A DNA stretch of 64,000 nucleotides. It comes from Pseudomonadota bacterium (GTDB lineage Bacteria; Bdellovibrionota_B; Oligoflexia; Silvanigrellales; Silvanigrellaceae). The stretch is taken from contig JBDLRP010000026.1 in the NCBI GenBank assembly GCA_039799905.1, forward strand, positions 64,001-128,000. Direction: 5' to 3'. This document shows, piece after piece, positions 60,255 to 64,000 of the stretch (position 1 is the stretch's first letter; every line of letters starts with the position of its first letter). The notes beneath the pieces are model-generated. The model was not told where the DNA came from, ran no database searches, and saw only the letters and a program-made list of their open reading frames with translations. The position numbers were made by a program, and so were the translations under genes.

Positions 60255-60692
60255 ATGAGTGAGACCAAGTCGCGCCTGAGCGAAGATATCAAAAAAGCCA
60301 TGAAAGATGGCGAAAAAGAACTTCTCGGCGTGTTGCGCATGATGTTCAACGAAGTCCGCAATGCAGAGATCAACGATCTCAAGGAACCTGGCCGTGTGCG
60401 CACCGAAGCTGAGGTCGTTCAGATTTTGGCCGCCTATCAAAAACAACTGCAAAAAAGCATGGCTGAATATCCGCCGGATCGGCAAGCACCGCTCAAGGCT
60501 GAACTCGCCATTGTGGAACGCTACCTCCCCAAAGCCCTGTCGCCTGCCGAACTTGAAGGTTTTATCAAAGACTATCTCGGCAAAACCAGCGAGAGGAATT
60601 TCGGCCTGCTGATGAAGGCGATTCAGGGCGAACTGGTTGGACGTGTTGACGGCAAGTCACTCTCGGAAACTCTCAAGCGGGTACTCGGATAA
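60255..60692 (+). CDS. GatB/YqeY domain protein
   Basis: L.EDIK.AMK, LRM, E..IVERYLP..LS, G..MK, GRVDGK. Confidence 0.9.
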   Translation: MSETKSRLSEDIKKAMKDGEKELLGVLRMMFNEVRNAEINDLKEPGRVRTEAEVVQILAAYQKQLQKSMAEYPPDRQAPLKAELAIVERYLPKALSPAELEGFIKDYLGKTSERNFGLLMKAIQGELVGRVDGKSLSETLKRVLG

Positions 60693-61411
60693 TGAAGCCA
60701 GTTTATGTCATTCAGGGCGCCAACTCAGCGATGGCGCGGTCATTGATTTCGCTCAATCCAAATGCCCGTTTCGTTTTGATGAGCGAAAATCCGTTGAGCT
60801 ACACTCCCGATGTCGAGCACATTTCGTTTCAGGGCTCGGCGCTTGACGAAGATTTCGTTAAAAAATCAATTCAAGCTGCAAATGAAAGCTTTCAGGGTAT
60901 CGACGGCTACGCACATTTTTGCGGCTCGATTTTGCTCAAGCCGCTGCACATGACTCGCGCAGACGAATGGCAGGACCTGATGAACAAGCACGTCACAACT
61001 GCATTCATTGGCCTAAAAGGTATTTTGCCAATCTTCAAACAGCAGGGCCGTGGCAGTGTTGTTTTGATCTCCAGCACCGCAGCCCGCATCGGCTTGCAAA
61101 ATCACGAAGCAATTGCAGCGGCGAAAGGTGCACTTGAAGCTCTCGTGCGATCATGCTCTGCCACCTATGCGCCTGTGCGCTTCAATTGCGTTGCTCCAGG
61201 GTTGACACGTTCACGAATGAGCCAACGCATTGTCGAAAATGAAGTGTCCCTGAAGGCCAGTCTGAATCTGCAGTCCATCCAGCGTTTGTCAGAAGCCGAA
61301 GATCCGGCGCGTGCCGTATCTTTTCTTTTGAGTGAACACAGCCAAATGATCACCGGTCAGACGATTGCGACCGATGGCGGATTGTCGTCCACGAAACGAT
61401 TGAACCCTTAA
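60692..61411 (+). CDS. Short-chain dehydrogenase/reductase
   Basis: GSILLKPLH, ISSTA, NHEAIAAAKG, NCVAPGL, ITGQ.I..DGG. Confidence 0.88.
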   Translation: MKPVYVIQGANSAMARSLISLNPNARFVLMSENPLSYTPDVEHISFQGSALDEDFVKKSIQAANESFQGIDGYAHFCGSILLKPLHMTRADEWQDLMNKHVTTAFIGLKGILPIFKQQGRGSVVLISSTAARIGLQNHEAIAAAKGALEALVRSCSATYAPVRFNCVAPGLTRSRMSQRIVENEVSLKASLNLQSIQRLSEAEDPARAVSFLLSEHSQMITGQTIATDGGLSSTKRLNP

Positions 61412-61428
61412 TTCAAGAGTGTGACGCA

Positions 61429-61938
61429 ATGAAAATTCATTTTTTGTTAGCAGCCATTCCGATGTTGCTGCCTGCATGCCAGACGCCGCGAGAGTTCAAT
61501 CAGCCCGATGCCTCAACCAACGGCGCCAGCGACGACCTCAGCATGGACGACGAAAAACTTCTCAGGTTGAGAGGCTACGTTGCCAAAGCAGGCTTTCCAC
61601 GCTGGGACCACAACCGTGCGACCTGTATTATTCTTTGCGAATCGGGCGGCCGTGCGAACGCACGTTCAGGCCCACACGTCGGACTCTTCCAAATCAACGA
61701 ATCTTACCCGAGCAGTGAAGCAGGTCGCGGCGTTAAACATCCGACTCAAGCCGCTTGGGATGCCACCGGCAAACGCTGTGGAAGCAACCTCGAAGATCCA
61801 CAGGTCAATGCAGATTGTGCATTTGTGCGACTTTCGCGCGCCGGCTGGAAAGATTGGGATTGCGGTGGAGCGGTGTCATCTCTGACGCCAAAGGTGGAGG
61901 CCTGCATCAGTCGGCTCGACAAACGCCTCGGAAAATAG
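61429..61938 (+). CDS. Small lipoprotein with lysozyme-like/transglycosylase (Rpf-like) domain
   Basis: LPAC lipobox, CIILCESGG, GLFQIN, L.DP..N..CA, GWKDW.C. Confidence 0.75.
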   Translation: MKIHFLLAAIPMLLPACQTPREFNQPDASTNGASDDLSMDDEKLLRLRGYVAKAGFPRWDHNRATCIILCESGGRANARSGPHVGLFQINESYPSSEAGRGVKHPTQAAWDATGKRCGSNLEDPQVNADCAFVRLSRAGWKDWDCGGAVSSLTPKVEACISRLDKRLGK

Positions 61939-61984
61939 GTACCCGCTACCTGCGAAGATTTTCCAAAAAGATGTTCAAATTCAA

Positions 61985-62827
61985 CTACTGGCAATTCGCT
62001 GTTCCGGCGCCGACCCTGTAAACATTGGGTGCTGCGCAGCTCGCAAGTTTTGCCGACGTAAACGTGATCGTATTTTGTTTTCCGCTGAAGGCAGCCACTG
62101 CGGCCTCGAGTTTTCCATTGGCAGAAAAGGTCACGCTCGTTTTATTGCCGGACCCTCCCTGATAGCTCAATATGCCTGAAACTTTTGTATTGTTGCCTTC
62201 GATGTTCACGCTGCTGCCCTGACCTGACATTATGCATATTCCACGGATGGCATCGCCCTGCAGAGGTATATTCAGTGACCCGCCGCGATCGATATAAACG
62301 AGCAGAACCTCATCCCGCGCAACAGTGCCGGACACCAGCGGCCCAATCACCTTTGTCACGTCGACCTGCATAACCGAGGCACACGTCTGTTTGAATTTCT
62401 GGAGATTGCCTGCAACGGTTCCAAGGCTTCTGATATTTTCCAGTTTGAACTGAAATGCCGGCTCAGAGACTGAACCACCGGCCGAGCCCCCCGCTGTTCC
62501 TCCGGATGCGGAGCCGCCGGAGGAGCCCGTTCCGCCAGTTCCGCTGCCGTTGGACTGATCCGATGCCAAAACAGCATCCTCAATCGATTTTGAAAGTTCC
62601 GCCTCTGCTTCATCTTGCTCAGCTTCGCTCAATCCAGTCTCAAGAACGATACTGTCGCCCTCACCTCGCTCCAATTGCTCCTTGACCTGCTTGACGCGAT
62701 CGGTACCGCTTCCCGACACCGAGAACGCAACACGGTAAGAGTCGGCAGAGGAAAATTGTGTTGGCTGACTGCTGCATGCAATGACAGTGAAGAGCGACGC
62801 TGTTGCACTGAAATATAGAGCTCTCAT
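61985..62827 (-). CDS. Hypothetical lipoprotein with Gly/Ser linker
   Basis: VIAC lipobox, acidic helix, GS-rich linker, beta-rich C-terminal domain. Confidence 0.7.
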   Translation of the reverse strand: MRALYFSATASLFTVIACSSQPTQFSSADSYRVAFSVSGSGTDRVKQVKEQLERGEGDSIVLETGLSEAEQDEAEAELSKSIEDAVLASDQSNGSGTGGTGSSGGSASGGTAGGSAGGSVSEPAFQFKLENIRSLGTVAGNLQKFKQTCASVMQVDVTKVIGPLVSGTVARDEVLLVYIDRGGSLNIPLQGDAIRGICIMSGQGSSVNIEGNNTKVSGILSYQGGSGNKTSVTFSANGKLEAAVAAFSGKQNTITFTSAKLASCAAPNVYRVGAGTANCQ

Positions 62828-62961
62828 TACAGTCCCCCCACCCGAACAACTGGCCCAATTTCGCATTGGCTGGAGCGGTATTTTTCACAGAAATCTTAAG
62901 GGATATTTTTTTTACGCAGTGTATTTCGATAAGTTAGACACCGAAAACATGACCCCGGCGG

Positions 62962-63804
62962 TCATCCTTTGACGCCACCCAGCGTCAGTCCGGAAATCAT
63001 ATACTTGCTGGAGTAAAGAAAAAGCATCACGACAGGAACGGAGATAAGCACCGAGCCAGCTGCAAACAGCCCCCACTCCGAGTTGAAATTTCCCTGCAAT
63101 TCGTAGAGACCCAGTGGCCACGTGCGAAGGCGCGAATCCTGCAGCAAGGTCGAGGCGACCAAATATTCATTCCATGCCTGGGTAAAATTAAACAAAAAAA
63201 CAATAGCCAGCGAAGGCTTCGAAAGCGGCAAAAGAATTCTGTAAAATGCGCCAAACTCCGTGCAGCCGTCGATGCGCGCCGCTTCCTCAAGACTCTTGGG
63301 CACAGTATCGAAGTAACCTTTTAAAATCCAAATTGAAAACGGAAGTGTGGTGACGGAGTAAGCAATCACCAAGCCGGTGTAGGTGTTGTTCAGTCCAATT
63401 TTTGTCAACACAAGATAAATGGGAAGCAAAAGCATCGCACCCGGGATCATCTGCGTCGTCATAAGGAACAACAGTCCAGACTTGCGGCCAGGGAATGTGT
63501 AACGGGCAAATGCGTAAGCAGCAGTTGCAGCCAGACAGACGCCAATCAGACTTGTGGTAACTGTGATGAGCAGACTGTTGAACAGCCACTGCAAGAAAGG
63601 CTTCTGGGTGATGATTGTAACGTAACTCGCAAGGCTGGCGTCATCGGGAATCAGGCTCATGTCGGACGACAACAAACGGTTCCCCGGCCGCAGCGAAATC
63701 GTCACGATGCGCGAGACGGGAAACAATGCGACGATACAGGCCAGCCAGAGAAAGGCATGGGTCAATAGAGACTGTGGTCGACTGACTTTTTCTAGCGATG
63801 ACAC
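62962..63804 (-). CDS. Sugar ABC permease, maltose/maltodextrin MalG-like
   Basis: WLFNSL, LKGYFDTVPKSLEEAARIDG, AWNEY, GLTLGGVKG. Confidence 0.9.
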   Translation of the reverse strand: MSSLEKVSRPQSLLTHAFLWLACIVALFPVSRIVTISLRPGNRLLSSDMSLIPDDASLASYVTIITQKPFLQWLFNSLLITVTTSLIGVCLAATAAYAFARYTFPGRKSGLLFLMTTQMIPGAMLLLPIYLVLTKIGLNNTYTGLVIAYSVTTLPFSIWILKGYFDTVPKSLEEAARIDGCTEFGAFYRILLPLSKPSLAIVFLFNFTQAWNEYLVASTLLQDSRLRTWPLGLYELQGNFNSEWGLFAAGSVLISVPVVMLFLYSSKYMISGLTLGGVKG

Positions 63805-63828
63805 GACGTGCTCACTCCCTGTGCTCGA

Positions 63829-63999
63829 TTACCTGCGGTTCGGATCTTCGGTCATTTTTGAGCTCTTCATCCACACCGCTGTCAGCACCAACAAAATCAG
63901 AAAAATCACGATCGCATAGGCGGCCGAAAAGCTATAGCGGTTGTAGACAAAAGCTTGTTTGTAAAGGTCACTGACCAGAATATCGGCCCCCTCGGAACC
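63829..63999 (-). CDS. C-terminus of sugar ABC permease, MalF-like (partial, not in ORF track)
   Basis: Translates GSEGADILVSDLYKQAFVYNRYSFSAAYAIVIFLILLVLTAVW...RR*. Confidence 0.85.
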   Translation of the reverse strand, partial: GSEGADILVSDLYKQAFVYNRYSFSAAYAIVIFLILLVLTAVWMKSSKMTEDPNRR

Positions 64000-64000
64000 G

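Overview
Gene-dense (~50% GC) bacterial chromosomal window with no mobile element, CRISPR array or rRNA. Many orphan lipoproteins and secreted hydrolases, a TIGR02147-type gene and several sigma-28-like promoters suggest a Bdellovibrionota/Oligoflexia-type genome (inference). Core genes include recD2, tRNA-Pro(UGG), asnB, ctaA, cheB, an M1 aminopeptidase and maltodextrin uptake genes. The most notable element is a tightly coupled six-gene operon (29151-36346). It encodes a flavin monooxygenase and aldo-keto reductase resembling the sulfoquinovose monooxygenase pathway (SmoC/SmoB), a sugar ABC transporter, and a GH31 of YicI type rather than the canonical YihQ sulfoquinovosidase type, with Arg substitutions in its specificity loop. 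This GH31 is a candidate new kind of sulfoquinovosidase. Also notable are a DctP-LivJ double solute-binding protein coupled to a hybrid kinase beside an Hpt gene (LuxPQU-like layout), a candidate FliA regulon, a candidate structured RNA, and Rpf-like and GH19-like lipoproteins. All family assignments come from motif reading and recall, not database searches. Several start codons were adjusted from the ORF track using RBS or overlap evidence.
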